Part shown: positions 1 through 13,554 of the stretch, in pieces
Layout: every line of letters starts with the position of its first letter
Position numbering within the stretch: position 1 is the first letter of the stretch
NCBI GenBank assembly: GCA_964106915.2
Contig: OZ066920.1
Reading direction: 5' to 3' (one strand)
From: Podarcis gaigeae
Taxonomy: Eukaryota
DNA length: 64,000 nucleotides
The notes under the pieces: generated by a model
The model's database searches: none
Seen by the model: only the letters and a program-made list of their open reading frames with translations
Told to the model about the DNA's origin: nothing
Program-made: the position numbers and the translations under genes

Positions 1-201
1 AATGAGTTTGGCTGCACTTGATCATGGTCTTGGTAAATTGAAATGTGCTGACGTATTACTGAGCAACAATGATTTCCAACCAAAGAATATTCCAGGGTTG
101 TATGCATTTACAACGGGAGCAAAATACAACCAGAGAATGAAAACTAGCATTGCTTCCCTTTGGTTAATGTAAATCAAACCTGGACAGTTACTTTCACAAT
201 A

Positions 202-426
202 CAGTGGTACCTCGGGTTAAGTACTTAATTCGTTCCAGAGGTCCGTTCTTAACCTGAAACTGTTCTTAACCTGAAGACCACTTTAGCTAATGGGGCCTCC
301 TGCTGCTGCTGCTCCGTAAGAGCACAATTTCTGTTCTCATCCTGAAGCAAAGTTCTTAACCTGAAGCACTATTTCTGGGTTAGCGGAGTCTGTAACCTGA
401 AGCGTATGTAACCTGAGGTACCACTG
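202..426. mobile_element. Tc1/mariner (Tigger-like) MITE, family A
   Basis: TIRs CAGTGGTACCTC...GAGGTACCACTG with TA on both sides; internal AACCTGAAG repeats; related copies at 42033 and 56836. Confidence 0.9.
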
Positions 427-896
427 TACAGTTGTTACAGACAGCCTCACTGAAGATGGGTGCTGGGTGACACTGCTAATATAATGGGTGCAATAATTAA
501 CACCCCCCCCATCATATTCACACAGCAGAGGTCAATAATTAATTGTTTGTACTACCTTTTATGTTTAACAGTCACAAAGGTATATTTCTGTGAAGACCCA
601 GTCCCTACCCAGAGGCTCAAAGTATGAGGAGGCACTACAGGGGGCAACCATTTTGCATGCATCCAATTGGTGCATGACCGCTGATGCAGATCCTTTTGGA
701 CCAGGAAAAGGGCAAACCAGGGACAGGCGTAATGAGGCGGGCTTATGCACACTCCACCAATGTGTGCAGGAGCCCAGAATGGAAGCCCTGTACTGTACAT
801 TTATTTAATTGCACTCTTTGAGGTTTTAACAAAACTTAATTTAAAACACACACTCTTTTCAGAGCAGCTTTTAAGCAGCACTCGTTTGAAACCAAG

Positions 897-1517
897 TGTC
901 CTGAAATCCTGGCCTACCTTGCAGCAAGTCAGTATGCCAAGTCTAAAATCCGAAGTCCAAGGGTCCAGAAACACAGTCCAGGGTCAATCCATGTAGAGTT
1001 GCAGACCAAGTCTGAAGCAGTCAGGATACAGTTCAGAGTCACACCCAAAGCACAGTACCCTAAGGGCCAGGAACATGGATCACTGATCAGACACAGACTC
1101 TCAGTTCTGCTTTAGCTTTTATACCTTCCATGCTGATTGCAGCATCTGGGCTTGGTGAGACATGTGACCCTCACCTGCTTCAAGCCTACTCCAGCTGAAG
1201 AAGAACACACGTTCTTCCAGAGCTAGCAAACCCCACCTGGCCAGCTAGGGAACTGAGCTGTGGGCCTTTGCCTGCCTCAGCCTCCTGGAGTGCCCCGTCT
1301 GCTGCTCCCAATACCTCAGAGTCTGCTGCATTCGTGGGGACAGGGCCCTCTCTGGTGATGTGTCCTGCTGCTCTGGTTTCTGTGCACTGACCGCCAATCC
1401 CTCCCCAACCTCCGTCGCCCTGTGAGTATTTCGTTCTCCATCCTCTGCTTCCTCAGTGTGTCCCAGTCCTGGCTCCAACCTTCTTCCTTCTCCCCATCAT
1501 CCTGCCAGTTCATGACA
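897..1517 (-). mobile_element. Solo LTR, probably Gypsy/Ty3
   Basis: TGTCCTGA...TCATGACA termini (TG..CA); 4-bp duplication CAAG at 893-896 and 1518-1521; TATAAAA on the minus strand near 1117-1123. Confidence 0.75.
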
Positions 1518-1983
1518 CAAGGTCTCAGAGGTAGACCTTTCCCACCTAGAATGGCTGTCAGTGATCTAGCCAAGAACAACCACTCAGCTCTTTCTAGGAC
1601 TTAACTTATCCACTGGGAATCCAAACCAGGTTTCCCTGCCTAGTACTAAAGACTTGGTCCCTTGCAAAGGCCAACAAAAAATCAGGAGTGTGTTGAACTA
1701 CCCTAATTCCCCATCAGAGGATCTCAATGATCAAGATGGAGCATGGGATCAGATCATCCTTAAGGTACTTTGGGCCCAGGTTGTTTGATTCAGCAGCTTC
1801 TGGAAGGATCCAGATTGGGCAAGGCTGGTATAGTGGATTCATTTTGTTGTATGAAGACTACGCAATGTGAACAGGCTCTGTCGTAAGTAGCCGCTTCCAG
1901 GTTTGTCATTTGCACATATCTGCTCACATGCCAGCCCAGCATAAGCCCCACTTAATTGTCCCATTCTTCCTAGCTGCCAGTCT

Positions 1984-3077
1984 ATAATAAATAATAATAA
2001 TAATAAATTTTATTTATATCCCGCCCTCCCCAGCCGAAGCCGGGCTCAGGGCGGCTAACAATAATCAAATAATCAAACAATCAAATAGTTACACATTCAA
2101 AATATTTCATTATAAAAATTAATTAAAATCAAATTAATGGCAACCGATTAAACAAGATTCTGTACAGGTTGCCAGAGGAGGGAGTCAGGCTGGTGGAACA
2201 ACTCTGTCTTGCAGGCCCTGCGGAAAGATGTCAGGTCCCGCAGGGCCCTAGTCTCTTGTGACAGAGCGTTCCACCAGATTGGAGCCGCAGCCAAGAAGGC
2301 CCTGGCTCTAGTTGAGGCCAGCCTAACCTCTCTGAGGCCTGGGACCTTGAGGGTATTATTATTTGCAGACCGTAGGTTTCTCTGTGGGGCATACCAAGAG
2401 AGGCGGTCCCGTAGGTACGAGGGTCCTAGGCCGTATAGGGCTTTAAAGGTTAAAACCAGCACCTTAAACCTAATCCTGTACTCCACCGGGAGCCAGTGCA
2501 GCTGGTATAGTACTGGATGAATGTGATCTCGCAGCGAAGACCCCATAAGGAGTCTCGCCTCAGCATTCTGCACCCGCTGGAGTTTCTGGGTCAGTCTCAA
2601 GGGCAGCCCCACGTAGAGCGAGTTACAATAGTCCAGTCTGGAGGTGACCGTCGCATGGATCACAGTGGCTAGGTCAGGGCGAGAGAGATAAGGGGCCAAC
2701 TGCTTAGCTTGGCGGAGATGAAAAAATGCCGCCTTTGTTATAGCTGTAATCTGCGCCTCCATAGAGAGGGAGGTATCGAAGATTACACCCAAACTCTTAA
2801 CGGATGGTGCTGGCACTAATTGCACCCCCGCAAGAGATGGGAGTTGCCCCCTCAATCCCATATTGTCCCGCCCCAGCCAGAGGACCTCTGTCTTCGAAGG
2901 ATTTAACTTCAACCGGCTCCCACGTAACCATCCAGCCACAGCTTCCAGACATCTCGCCAGTGTGTCTGGGGCCGAGTCAGGATGGCCATCCATCAACAGA
3001 TAGAGTTGGGTGTCATCAGCATACTGATGGCAGCCCAGCCCAAAACTCCGGACAAGCTGGGCGAGGGGGCGCATAAA
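1984..3077 (-). mobile_element. 5'-truncated L2-clade LINE (RT C-terminal half, 3'UTR, simple-repeat tail)
   Basis: ORF 2148..3158(-) contains HQYADDTQLY (RT YADD), SRLDYCNSL and LHWLPVEYRIRFK, typical of L2 ORF2; (TTA)n-type tail at 1984-2006; ORF codons above about 3078 look like read-through of flanking DNA. Confidence 0.93.
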
Positions 3078-6000
3078 GCTGCCCATTTCTCTTTCTCCTT
3101 CCTTTAGCTGTGGTTTCCTTAACAATGACTGACTTCTTTTCACTCTATTCAGCAGCATCTCAAAAATGAATTAAGAAGACTAACTTGCTATTTGCTTCCC
3201 AGAGGCATTGAGCAATGAAAATACTTGAACATAAACAGGACAATAGAGAGAATGCAGAGATGCTGTGTCACTGAGCTCTTTCTGAATAGAAGACATATTC
3301 CTATTTCATTTTGCAAGGCACTTCTTTGGGAGAGATTTATTTGTAGTGACATTAATCAAATGTAAAAAGCTAGGTGTAAGTAGCACAACTGGTAGTGCTA
3401 TGATCAGATATGGTTAGACCTGTGTTCATATAGTAGCATATATTTCTAAGTAGCAAGGGTTTTCCTCTTGCAATTATTCAATGGCATCAAAATTAGGCTT
3501 TGGGGAAACATTGTTTCAAGGTTCTGACCTTTTCAGTCAGTACTCAAGTGTATGTTTTCCATCTAAATCTTGTACAGCTGAGCCACTGACATTTCCAGTT
3601 TCTGCAGATCTAGATCTGGAAACAGCAGCCAGCAGAATCACAGAAGATATTGTGTGCCTTAGTTTTCATTAATTTGACAGCCTAAATAGGATTGTCGCTT
3701 AATATGCCTATCAAGTGTAGCTAAATAGCCCTGACACTTAAATTACAGAGCTGCATATCGTCTGCACAATGAATCAGGGAGGATTCAGAGATAGAGCATT
3801 CATATCATCCCAGGTTTGATTCCAGGTAAAAAGCGTCAAGTAGAAAATGATGTAAAATACCTTTGCCCATGTCACCAAAGAGCTGTTTCTAGTCACAGAA
3901 GATAATGCTGATCTGGACTGACAAATAGTCTGATATGGCAAGATGCAGCTCCCTATGTTCCTGAGAATCAGTTACTGTTTTGCAAAATATTTCTACTCTA
4001 TATGAATGATGAGAAAAAATTATGTTCAGTGTCCCCAATTGCAGAGGTGGAGTATACTAGTTTTCAGTGATGAGATGTGAAGCCTACTCAATGTCTCTGT
4101 GCCTCCATTGCTTGGTTGCTAGGCCAAGACCTTGAAGGGACTTCTATAACGTCTATAAAGAAGACAATTTTCTTTTCAAAGTGCTGAAATTACCAGGGAA
4201 GTCACACATGAGAATTCAGTCTGACTTTCATTTTACAGGAGCCTTTTCAGGGCCTGGACCTGGCAACATTATTCCCCAGTTTCTGGTATCCAAGTTTTCA
4301 TCTTCCGCCTTCTTGCTCTGTCATTGCCTTATGTACCCAACTTAACTGTGCACTCTGCAGATGAACGCCTCCTGCAGATAGCATTTTATCTGGAGGTCCA
4401 TTTCACACAATGTAGGAATCAGCCCTTAAGTGTTGTGGCATTAATGTGTGGCATGCACTGGGGAGAAAGGAATTTCATTTTTCTATTGATAGTTTATGCC
4501 AAGGATGTCTTCCTGAATAAACTTTCATGTATAAATGACAAATGCTCCCTCCTGCCCCTTAAGTATGGCTGAATCTTAAAAACAACAACAACTCAGATCT
4601 AAACAAAAATATACCACCACTCTATTCAAAATTGTGCAACTGTATTTATAAATAGAGCTGTAAAAAATCCACAGCATAATTGAATAATGACTACGCATAA
4701 ATGAGTCCCATTAACTTAATTGTAGTTTGCTGCAGGACTATTGAACCCGGTGGATTTACTTTTTAATTTGCATAGAATTTGTCTAGCCTTTGCATAATTA
4801 GAGAATAGGACAGGTTCTGTCACCATTGCAAAGGATGCTGATGACAGAAGAGTTTGTTTTTGTGAACACGTATCATTCCAAGTTTCGTTTAAGGCAGCCA
4901 AAGATAATCTTGAGACAGCTGGAAGAAAGACTTTGATTTGTTGCAGGTGGCTAGTGTGAGCTCTGTCTTATTACTAGCTCTTTGATTTGTACGACCTCAC
5001 CAGCATCTGTTTTATCAGTGAACATAGGAGATTGCTTAACTGAAGCAGGCAGTAGGTCCACCTTACCTAGTAAGTTTTCTCTGACAAATAGCAGCTCTAC
5101 AAGGTCTTAGGGCAGGGGTTTCTTCTGACCCCTTTAATCTGTGATCTGCTAATGGATGATTTATTTTTATTATTTTATTTTATTTTAAAGCACATTTATG
5201 CCACTCAATATTTCAAAAGTATCAAAGTGGTGTACAGTTTAAAACACATTATATCATTGAAGCATTTTTTAAAAAACCAAAACCTCAACTTAGAACCAGG
5301 AAAACAGCAATATAGAAACCTCTGAATATTTGCTGCACTGTCAGCTGGTATAAACCAGCTGTTTAACTTTGCCACAAGGATGGTGTTAATTCACAGAGCA
5401 AGTGGGACTGTAACAATGGAAGCCCCCTCCTGTCAAAGTGCCCCTGCTGTAACCTTCCAATGTGGACAGTGTGCTCTTTTCACGCTTCCTGCAGATCAAA
5501 ACATAGAAGCTGTTTCCCCTTCCCGCTGCCTCTTTCCTTTCCAGTACCGTACAAACAACAAAAGTGAGAAATGAGGGAAACAAACCTTTTAACCAAGGAA
5601 TCCCCTGGGGTTGAAGCAAGAAGGGAAACTGCTGTAAAAGATCCACATGCATGTTATAACCTAAATTAGATTATTTCATTGGAAACAACTCTTCTGCTAC
5701 CCCATAGATTCCTCTGTGAGAACCCAATTGTCCTTCAAAGGTGGAAATGTCATAATTCTGACACGCTTCTGTAAGCTTTCTGGTGTTTTATTCTGAGTGC
5801 CAAATTCGAAATTGCAAGTGTTAGATAACTCAGCAAGCCATCTGTAAGATGCAAACCATTTTACACACAGTATTTGTTTGCCTTGAATGCATGGAATGAA
5901 AGCACTGATCACATCACTGCAACTCATAAAATAAATAGATCAAGATGCCACATATTTGACCCTAAATGTCACAGTCCAGTGAGCCTTTCTATACAAAATA

Positions 6001-7980
6001 TGCTCAGCTGCAGCGCTGTCTATCAGATGGTTATGAAAAAACCCCTACAACTCAAAATCTGAGGCTAAGGTTGCATTCCTATGTAGTTACTGGGGTGCAA
6101 GGCCCAATGAACACTGTCAGCTTGACTAATATTACTGTACACTGAAAAAGTTAAAGGCGCTTTGTATATAATAACTTCTAGCCCTTAATTCCTTTTTCAT
6201 TTGATTTATGAATTCTCTATTACAAACATACAATAAGAACAGCTAAAACCAGTAAAAAAATAACAACTAAAGATAGAGTTTAAAGCTGTGCAAGAGGAAC
6301 CCCTAAGAAAGAGATCTAGGTAGAAGGAAGATCCAAGAGAGGAATCTGTGTTTAATGGTTTAGACCCAAGAGTTCTGCTCCCATACCATCTTGTCCGCTT
6401 CCTAAGATCAGAAGCAGATGTCCTCCTCTAGGGTTGACACCTTTGGTTGGGCAAGATAAAGGACAGGTTGGGGAGGAGTGGGGGAGGGGCTCTCTCAGGA
6501 CACCAAATCCCCGCCCCCTTGTATTTTATGCATTTTTATTGTGGTATTTCTTGTATTTTCAGCTATGATTTTATGGGAAGGTTTCATGATACATCAGGTC
6601 TTCTCCAAGATTGGAAAGAAAGCTCTGACCATGGAGAGAGGAAGCTCATGTCAGGTTTTAACTCCTTGAGGCAATTTCTGCAGCCCTGACCCTACAGAAA
6701 ACAGAGCTCTGACACTGGCAGGATGAAAAGAGGCCACAAGAAGGCTTGGATCTGAAGGAGCCAATGCCTGTGCAATCCTGAGGAGGAATTTTTACCAGCC
6801 TGGGATCTGGTGTAAATTTATTCCTTCCTGTTGTTTCCAAAGGGAGAGGAAAGTGTTTTTGTTTTGTTTTGTTTTTTAATGGGGAAAGGACAGAAGTGTG
6901 CAAGAGTGCTGCCCTGTCCTCATTTGCACCCTTCTGGCAAGAGCTGCTCTGAGTGCCATGGACACTAGGAGAGTGGGATTGAAGATGCTCACAGTGGCAT
7001 TGACTGGGGTATGCGCACTCAGCCCGCCATGGGGCTGGGGTGCACTGCCAGAGCACCCCTGCACACTGGCCAGCCAGCTTTGAGGGGTGCACTCACAGTG
7101 CCCTGCAAGCCCAGTATCACTTTGCAAGACTTGCAAAAACAGCGCTGGACTCACAGGGCACCACAAGATGTTGCGTCCTTCTCAGGCACCCTCCAGCTGG
7201 AGGGCAGCTGAGAAAGGCGCAATAGTTCACGACGCCCGACACCCTCCCCTTAAACTGCACCCAGGGCAATTGTCCCTCCAGCTCCCCCTCCCATGCTATG
7301 CCTCTAAATGTTCATATAAGTAAATGAATACATATGGGCTAAGTCTGATTTGCCATGAAATTGCATTGCACACTCATTCACTGCAAGCTGAAGTAGCTGT
7401 TGGGGAAACTTGAACTACTGGGTAGAGATTTTGGAGTTTCACATCTGCTTGATGGTTTATGATCACTTAGCACAGGGCTTAATAAAAGCCAGAGGTCCAT
7501 CTGAGAACTATGCAAAAGTAGTGATGAGGCAGCAGTGGGGTGGAAGGGAATTCTAGGAAACAGCAGGATGTGGAAATTAGAGAAATGACAATTGCAAATT
7601 TCAATGTAAACTGACCTGATCTACATCTAGCGATGGGAGAACATGCCGACTTTGGTTTCTCTTAATTACTCATGTGTCCAGTCTTAAGTCTGGTTCTCCA
7701 CATATTCACATCAGTTTGCAAATTCATGTCCATGAAAATTCATTGGCACCTTAGCGCATTCCCTGCCCCCCAATATATATACATTTTTAATGCAATTTTG
7801 CCTATTCTCCACATTTTTTCAAACCATTTTTCTCTCATATTATGTACTTCTGTATGATGATTTCACTAATACATGCATTTTTATGCACATTTTACCCCAA
7901 ATTAATACTGTATGTTTTACGAGGGAGGGAATCAATTGTGTGGCACCCCCCACCCCAACTCAGGGCAAACGTGTTCCTTT

Positions 7981-8733
7981 TTCTTATAGTAGACCAGTAT
8001 GAAGTAAGCAGGGACGCAGGTGGCGCTGTGGGTTAAAGCCTCAGCGCCTAGGACTTGCCGATCGAAAGGTCGGCGGTTCGAATCCCTGCGGCGGGGTGCG
8101 CTCCCGCTGCTCGGTCCCAGCGCCTGCCAACCTAGCAGTTCGAAAGCACCTCCGGGTGCAAGTAGATAAATAGGGACCGCTTACCAGCGGGAAGGTAAAC
8201 GGCGTTTCCGTGTGCGGCTCTGGCTCGCCAGATGCAGCTTTGTCACGCTGGCCACGTGACCCGGAAGTGTCTCCGGACAGCGCTGGCCCCTGGCCCCTTG
8301 AGTGAGATGGGCGCACAACCCCAGAGTCTGGCAAGACTGGCCCGTACGGGCAGGGGTACCTTTGCCTTTTATGAAGTAAGCAGCACATAAGCAGCACACA
8401 AAACACTACCAAACCATTCTACGTTCTAAATCTTAAATTAATAATCCAAAAATTGAGAAAGCAAGGTACAAGATCTGCTACAGAAGCCACAAACAGAAAA
8501 CTCATTCAAATTGTGTCCAAAAGGAAGATTCAGTCTTTAAAGTTCCTTTAGCCGGGCTCCTGTAGATATCAACAAAGGTAAGTTTGATCAAACGAAGTGT
8601 CGGCAATGTTACACTCAAGGGTTTTCTGTTTGTGGCTTCTATAGTAGATCTTGCACCTTGCTCTCTCAGTTTTTGGATTATTAATATAAGATTTAGAATG
8701 TGCTGCTTACTTCATATTGGTCTACTACAAGAA
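7981..8733. repeat. Foldback element with about 113-bp imperfect inverted arms; left arm interrupted by a SINE
   Basis: 7981-8010 plus 8383-8501 is the reverse complement of 8621-8733, apart from a few mismatches and a roughly 35-bp insertion; spacer about 120 bp. Confidence 0.85.
8011..8369 (+). mobile_element. Sauria SINE (Squam1-type), full length
   Basis: GGGACGCAGGTGGCGCTGTGGGTTAAA head, B-box GGTTCGAATCC, ACCTTT-type tail, TSD TATGAAGTAAGCA(G). Confidence 0.93.
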
Positions 8734-9649
8734 TTGGCAGCATAGGTTCATTTCCTCAGTACTGGTACTCACCTTTTATTCTTATGGCTTAATACTGCAA
8801 GATCCTTCACTTTCCAGCTCTGTTATGTTACAGAGTGTATCAACAAACATACAGGTTTAAGCGCCTGAACTGAACCATCTCACGGGCTGAAGCAATGCAT
8901 ATGCTAAGCATTAAAAGGAGCTACAGCTTCTTTTGGCAGAGTGGGGTTTTGTTGGATTAGGCTGCCCATGGTGTGAGAGGGGGTGGTAGAACCAAAGCCA
9001 TACAAACAACTTTTTGCCACTGTGTGCAAATGGAATCCAGCACTAAAGGGGAACTTTGGCTTGAAACAGGATGAAAGACTAAACCACTGGGGAGATGCAA
9101 TTGAGTGGCCTCTACTGTGTGGGTCTCTCCATTTGTGCACCTAGTCTCAGTTCAGCTAGCAAATGCCAGATGTGAAACAGCTTCCATTGCGCTGATATCT
9201 TCTTTGCTGAGGGCCCTGTCACATTAGCCTGTCTGAACAGTCTGCTGCTGGTGTTAATTCCATTGGACTTCCCAGAACGCATAAAAGCTAATAAACACAC
9301 CTACGCTATGTCAAAAGTAAAAGCAACATTAATCTGGCAAATAGAGGCTATATTTAGCCAAGTGCAATGTTCCTATATTCCCTCCTCCCTTCACACACAT
9401 ACTGGTCAGGCATTACAGAATATGTAGCTGAAGGGTTGTATTCAGCAGTGGCATTGTGTTTGTGCGGCAGAACTTGCCTTCCCACTCCTCATGCTCCCTC
9501 CCCAAATATGCTGTAGGTTAGGAGAATACTCAGAATGGATTTGGGAAAGATAGGGCAAATCAGAGGGAAGGAAAGTTCCATATTGTGTGTGCTGAAGTCC
9601 TTGCACAAATGGTATGACTACATTGGAATCGGGGTTAGTTTTTCTACTT

Positions 9650-9964
9650 GTCTAGATTCCAAATTATGGTTTGGACTGGACAACCTTCAAACAGCAGGTA
9701 TGTTCAAAGAGTGTGGAAGCTGCTTCTTCTGCTCTTCCTGCTTTGATTCTCTCCTGGGTTTGGGAGACAGTGGAGCAGGAGAAGGTGGCCCTTCACTTGA
9801 CTGCCTGCCTCTTCCTCCTCTTCCTCCAGCTCCGAAGCTTTTCTGCCTCTGATTTTTGCCTCCTGGCTGGTACAAGTCCCCACAAACCATTTCCCCCTCT
9901 CTTGAGTCAGACTTCAGCCTCCTTTCTTGGTGCACATTCATCAGTTTCCTTCCAGTCCCTGACA
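9650..9964 (-). mobile_element. Degenerate LTR-like remnant (left boundary uncertain)
   Basis: Minus strand starts TGTCAGGGACTGG and continues GA-rich, resembling the start of the 897-1517 LTR (TGTCATGAACTGG); no TSD found. Confidence 0.35.
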
Positions 9965-11527
9965 ATAATACTACATGCATTGCTACATGAGGAGCAGTTG
10001 GCTGCTGAACAGAAAGTACAAATCCGAGCATGAAAGTAACATAACTTGATTAAAGAGAGTTGGCATTGTGATATTAGACTAAAATCAAGAGTAACATTCT
10101 GGTATTTTATGGAAAACACGACCTAGTGATTTCTGGTCATGCATGTAGAATCTCAGAACCTATGTTTCTATGTTTGCTGCTAGCTATAAATAATGATCAC
10201 AAGTTACAAGGGTGTGTCTAGTAGTTCACAAAGGCAAACTCTGTACAAATTGCATAATTTCTTCTCCTCCCCCCCCTCCTCCTCCTCCTTCAATTTTTCA
10301 CTTACATAAAAGACTGAATAAGGAGCCCAGAACTTTGTCTCATTGGTTGCATATTATACACACAAACGTGCTCCGGGTAGACTATGGTGCAAGAATCAGT
10401 CCTAACATTTCTTTGCATAGCAATACTAGTAGTCAGATCTCCTTATAGAAACGTAGGTCTTTCTGATTTTACTTGCACATAAATAGGGAGCAAATGCATG
10501 GGCATTTACATGACTTTACTTAAAAATAATAGCTACATCTGTTTTAATGCTGTGATTTAGCTTACATTACAGCATCCTGAAAGCTACAACATAAAAAAAA
10601 TATAGCATGTCTTATGGGTATATTATTTTAATTTGCAATGAAATAATAAGAAGAAAAACTGCTAATTACAAGATACACACTGTTAGGACACCTTAGGGGT
10701 TAACTGTTGTTTTGTAATTAGCCCCAATTAAACACACATATCCTAAGCTATTTATTATAATTACATCCTGCTGTCTTGAGGTGCCCTCACAGATCTAGCC
10801 ACCAAGGGGTGTAATATAGATTGACAATTACTATATGCAGTGCTTTTTTTTTTCTAGGGAAAAAAATGTGCCAGTACTTACAGACTACAGTTCCCAAGGT
10901 TCTTTGGGGGAAATGCTTTAAATGTATAGTGTGTCCACAGCTGTATTGCATTTTTTAAATAGAAAACCCTACTAATTGTTTTTAAATTTACACCTGTACC
11001 ATTTTTTCCTCTGGTGATGCACAAATGGGCAACCTCATCACAGCAGTCCTAGAAATCAAAGCAGGGGTGTCTGTGTGAAGGAATATTTCGTATAAAACAT
11101 GCCTCCACAAATCACTGTACTTGGGACAGTTGGTAGGGATAGTGTGGAAACTGCTTGCCTGTGTGAATTTGCCTCCAGAGTCATATAAACTTGTGTTCAA
11201 TTAGCTTTCTGCAAAATCCTCAAACAGCACGACACTGCACACAACTTATTAGAGGTACCTGTCCTTGAGTGCAAAGGGGATTACTTTCAGATAAGTTGGT
11301 GTAAGATTGTAGAATTTTGTGTAATGTAAATGAGCTTGTTTGGTTTAGTTGCCTCTGAATCTGCTCCAAATAGTTTGAATTTTGAAGAAAGGGATAGATT
11401 ACACATACACACTAAATGAGAGGAGGGAGGTTAGTGAATTCTGTAGCAAAGTAAAACAAGCATTCATTGCATACTGGTCCCCTACACAAGGGAGAAGGTT
11501 TGTGTTTCTGCCCCTCCCTGGGGCCAT

Positions 11528-11701
11528 AGGAGTGCCATGGAGGCTTTGGGCCCCATAGTAAAATATTTGTGGTGGCCGGGCCCTCACAAAGTTGATGGGC
11601 ATTCCCATTCAAATGGTATGTGTGCATTGTGTCATGTGATCGATTATGTGGGGAGAGGCTTACCTGGGCCCCCACAATATTTTATTCAAGTTGGCACTCC
11701 T
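11528..11701. mobile_element. Short MITE, possibly PIF/Harbinger-like
   Basis: Inverted termini AGGAGTGCCA...TGGCACTCCT; internal GGGCCCC/AATATTT repeats. Confidence 0.45.
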
Positions 11702-12642
11702 GTCTGGGACTCTGCAGGGTTGATTGATGTTGTGGCTTTAGATGTAAAAACACAAGGGCCAGTAGGTGGCACTAGAGAAGTTAGAGGTTGCAACAAGGAA
11801 AATAAAGTTAGCTATGTTTTACCTCTCCCAACATGACTCTCTCTTAATCCTGCAGATTCCACCTTAATTAGTGATATATTTCTGTTGATTGGAAATGCAC
11901 GTGACCCGTCTTCATGTTATCTAGAAACAGTGGAGTCCACTTATCAAGAGAATAAGGCAGCAATCCTGTACACAGTTACCTGGGAGTAACCCCAGTTGAA
12001 CTAAAAGAGACTAGCTTTTGAGAAGACACATATAGCAGGATTGCACTATAAATCCCCCAATCTAACAGAGAGAGAGAGATTATTTAAACTATGAACTATT
12101 CATACTTCGAAGCACACCAGTTATTTTAAAATGAAATCGAGACTAACAAGTAGGATGCAGCTCAGATTGTTGAAGAATGGGCATAGTTTATACTTCTGAT
12201 GAAAAGGGAATGTTTTGTCTTGGAGATGGTTTATCTGATTCTATCTGGGAGCAAACTGCACATTATCCAGAAAAGAATGTGGTCCTCATGGCAGTTTTTT
12301 CTGATGAAAAGCATATTTTTGAGGGGCTGTTCTGGGCACCCCTCAGCCAAGGAAGGCATACATCCGATAGCTAATTATTTATTGACAAAAGTACACATAG
12401 CGGCTTCCATGGTGATGTGGATACACACACACAAACACACACACACTTCTAGCCTCTAGGCAGCTGTCCGTAGGTCTGTGCCTTGCAGAGCTGTTGTAGC
12501 AGCAGGGGAATCATGCTCCCCCCCCCCCAACCTGGAGCTTATGTGCCCTCATCTTACGGGGCACATGCACACAACCTGAGGCTCCACTGAAATGGATACT
12601 GTTGCTACTCTTCCCTCTTAAAGCCCCTCGCAAGTAAAGCAT

Positions 12643-12690
12643 GAAGAAGAAGAAGAAGAAGAAGAAGAAGAAGAAGAGGAGGAGGAGGAG
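12643..12690. repeat. (GAA)n(GGA)n microsatellite
   Basis: Direct reading. Confidence 0.95.
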
Positions 12691-13172
12691 TATGGGATAC
12701 TGCCAGTGCTATTTTTCTAGAAAAAGAGATGCAGGAACTCACCGTGAACACCTCCTTTGTTCTCTTATAATGGTAATGGGGCCCATTTGAGAGGTGCCAG
12801 AACCAAGTTCCGGTGAGTTCCAGGTGAAAACAAGCTGTGGACACTGCGCTGTCAGAACATCAGACATATGAACAGAGAGTTCTTAATGCTTCATTAAAAA
12901 CAGATCCTCATGGTATAAGTGGTATAAGTTTTCCTCTTATGCTAACTCAGTCAAACAGCCCACTAATCCCCTGTTCCACAGATAAACAGGTGGAAAGGCT
13001 TTACTGAGAACTGAATTGACTCACCCTTTTTAAAAATAATAATAATGTGATAGTTGAATGCTGTATTGTATTCTCAATTGCTTTCAAGTTTTCCTCCTCG
13101 TTGTATTTCTGCATGCATTTGTATTGGTTACACTTACCACTTTTATTGTGTTATATATATATATATATATAT

Positions 13173-13406
13173 GCTTTCGTAGATTTTCACGGGTACAGGA
13201 ATGCAGGTTTTGGTGTCCTCGGGTGTCTTCCCGTGTAAAAGTTGGGGTGTCTAGGCGACGTTTCGACGAGGTCTCACTCGTCATCTGTTCCAGTAACAAG
13301 AAGCCGAAAGCACCAGCCTGAAGATGACGAGTGAGACCTCGTCGAAACGTCGCCTAGACACCCCAACTTTTACACGGGAAGACACCCGAGGACACCAAAA
13401 CCTGCA
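13173..13406 (-). mobile_element. Miniature Penelope-like insertion: 3' tail and pLTR piece plus an inverted pLTR piece
   Basis: 13202-13286 and 13322-13406 are 85-bp inverted repeats; sequence matches the pLTR of the adjacent element; flanked by (TA)n. Confidence 0.9.
13311..13357 (+). ncRNA. Minimal type I hammerhead ribozyme motif (PLE pLTR)
   Basis: CTGAAGA-T-GACGAG(tgagac)CTCGTC-GAAAC-GTC: conserved core, 6-bp stem II, palindromic minimal stem III; stem I short. Confidence 0.8.
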
Positions 13407-13507
13407 TATATATATATATATATATATTTGCTTTCGTAGATTTTCACGGGTACAGGAATGCAGGTTTTGGTGTCCTCGGGTGTCTTCCCGTGTAAAAGTT
13501 GGGGTGT

Positions 13508-13554
13508 CTAGGCGACGTTTCGACGAGGTCTCACTCGTCATCTTCAGGCTGGTG
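13508..13554 (-). ncRNA. Minimal type I hammerhead ribozyme motif (sense to the PLE ORF)
   Basis: Reverse complement of the same core and stem II; overlaps the ORF stop codon. Confidence 0.8.

Noticed and set aside
9209-9230. AG|GGCCCTGTCACATT, resembling the ALKAL GPVT exon start
   Set aside because: Lies 30 kb upstream of exon 1 and lacks the following F-S-x-x-C...HFHRLY; chance match.
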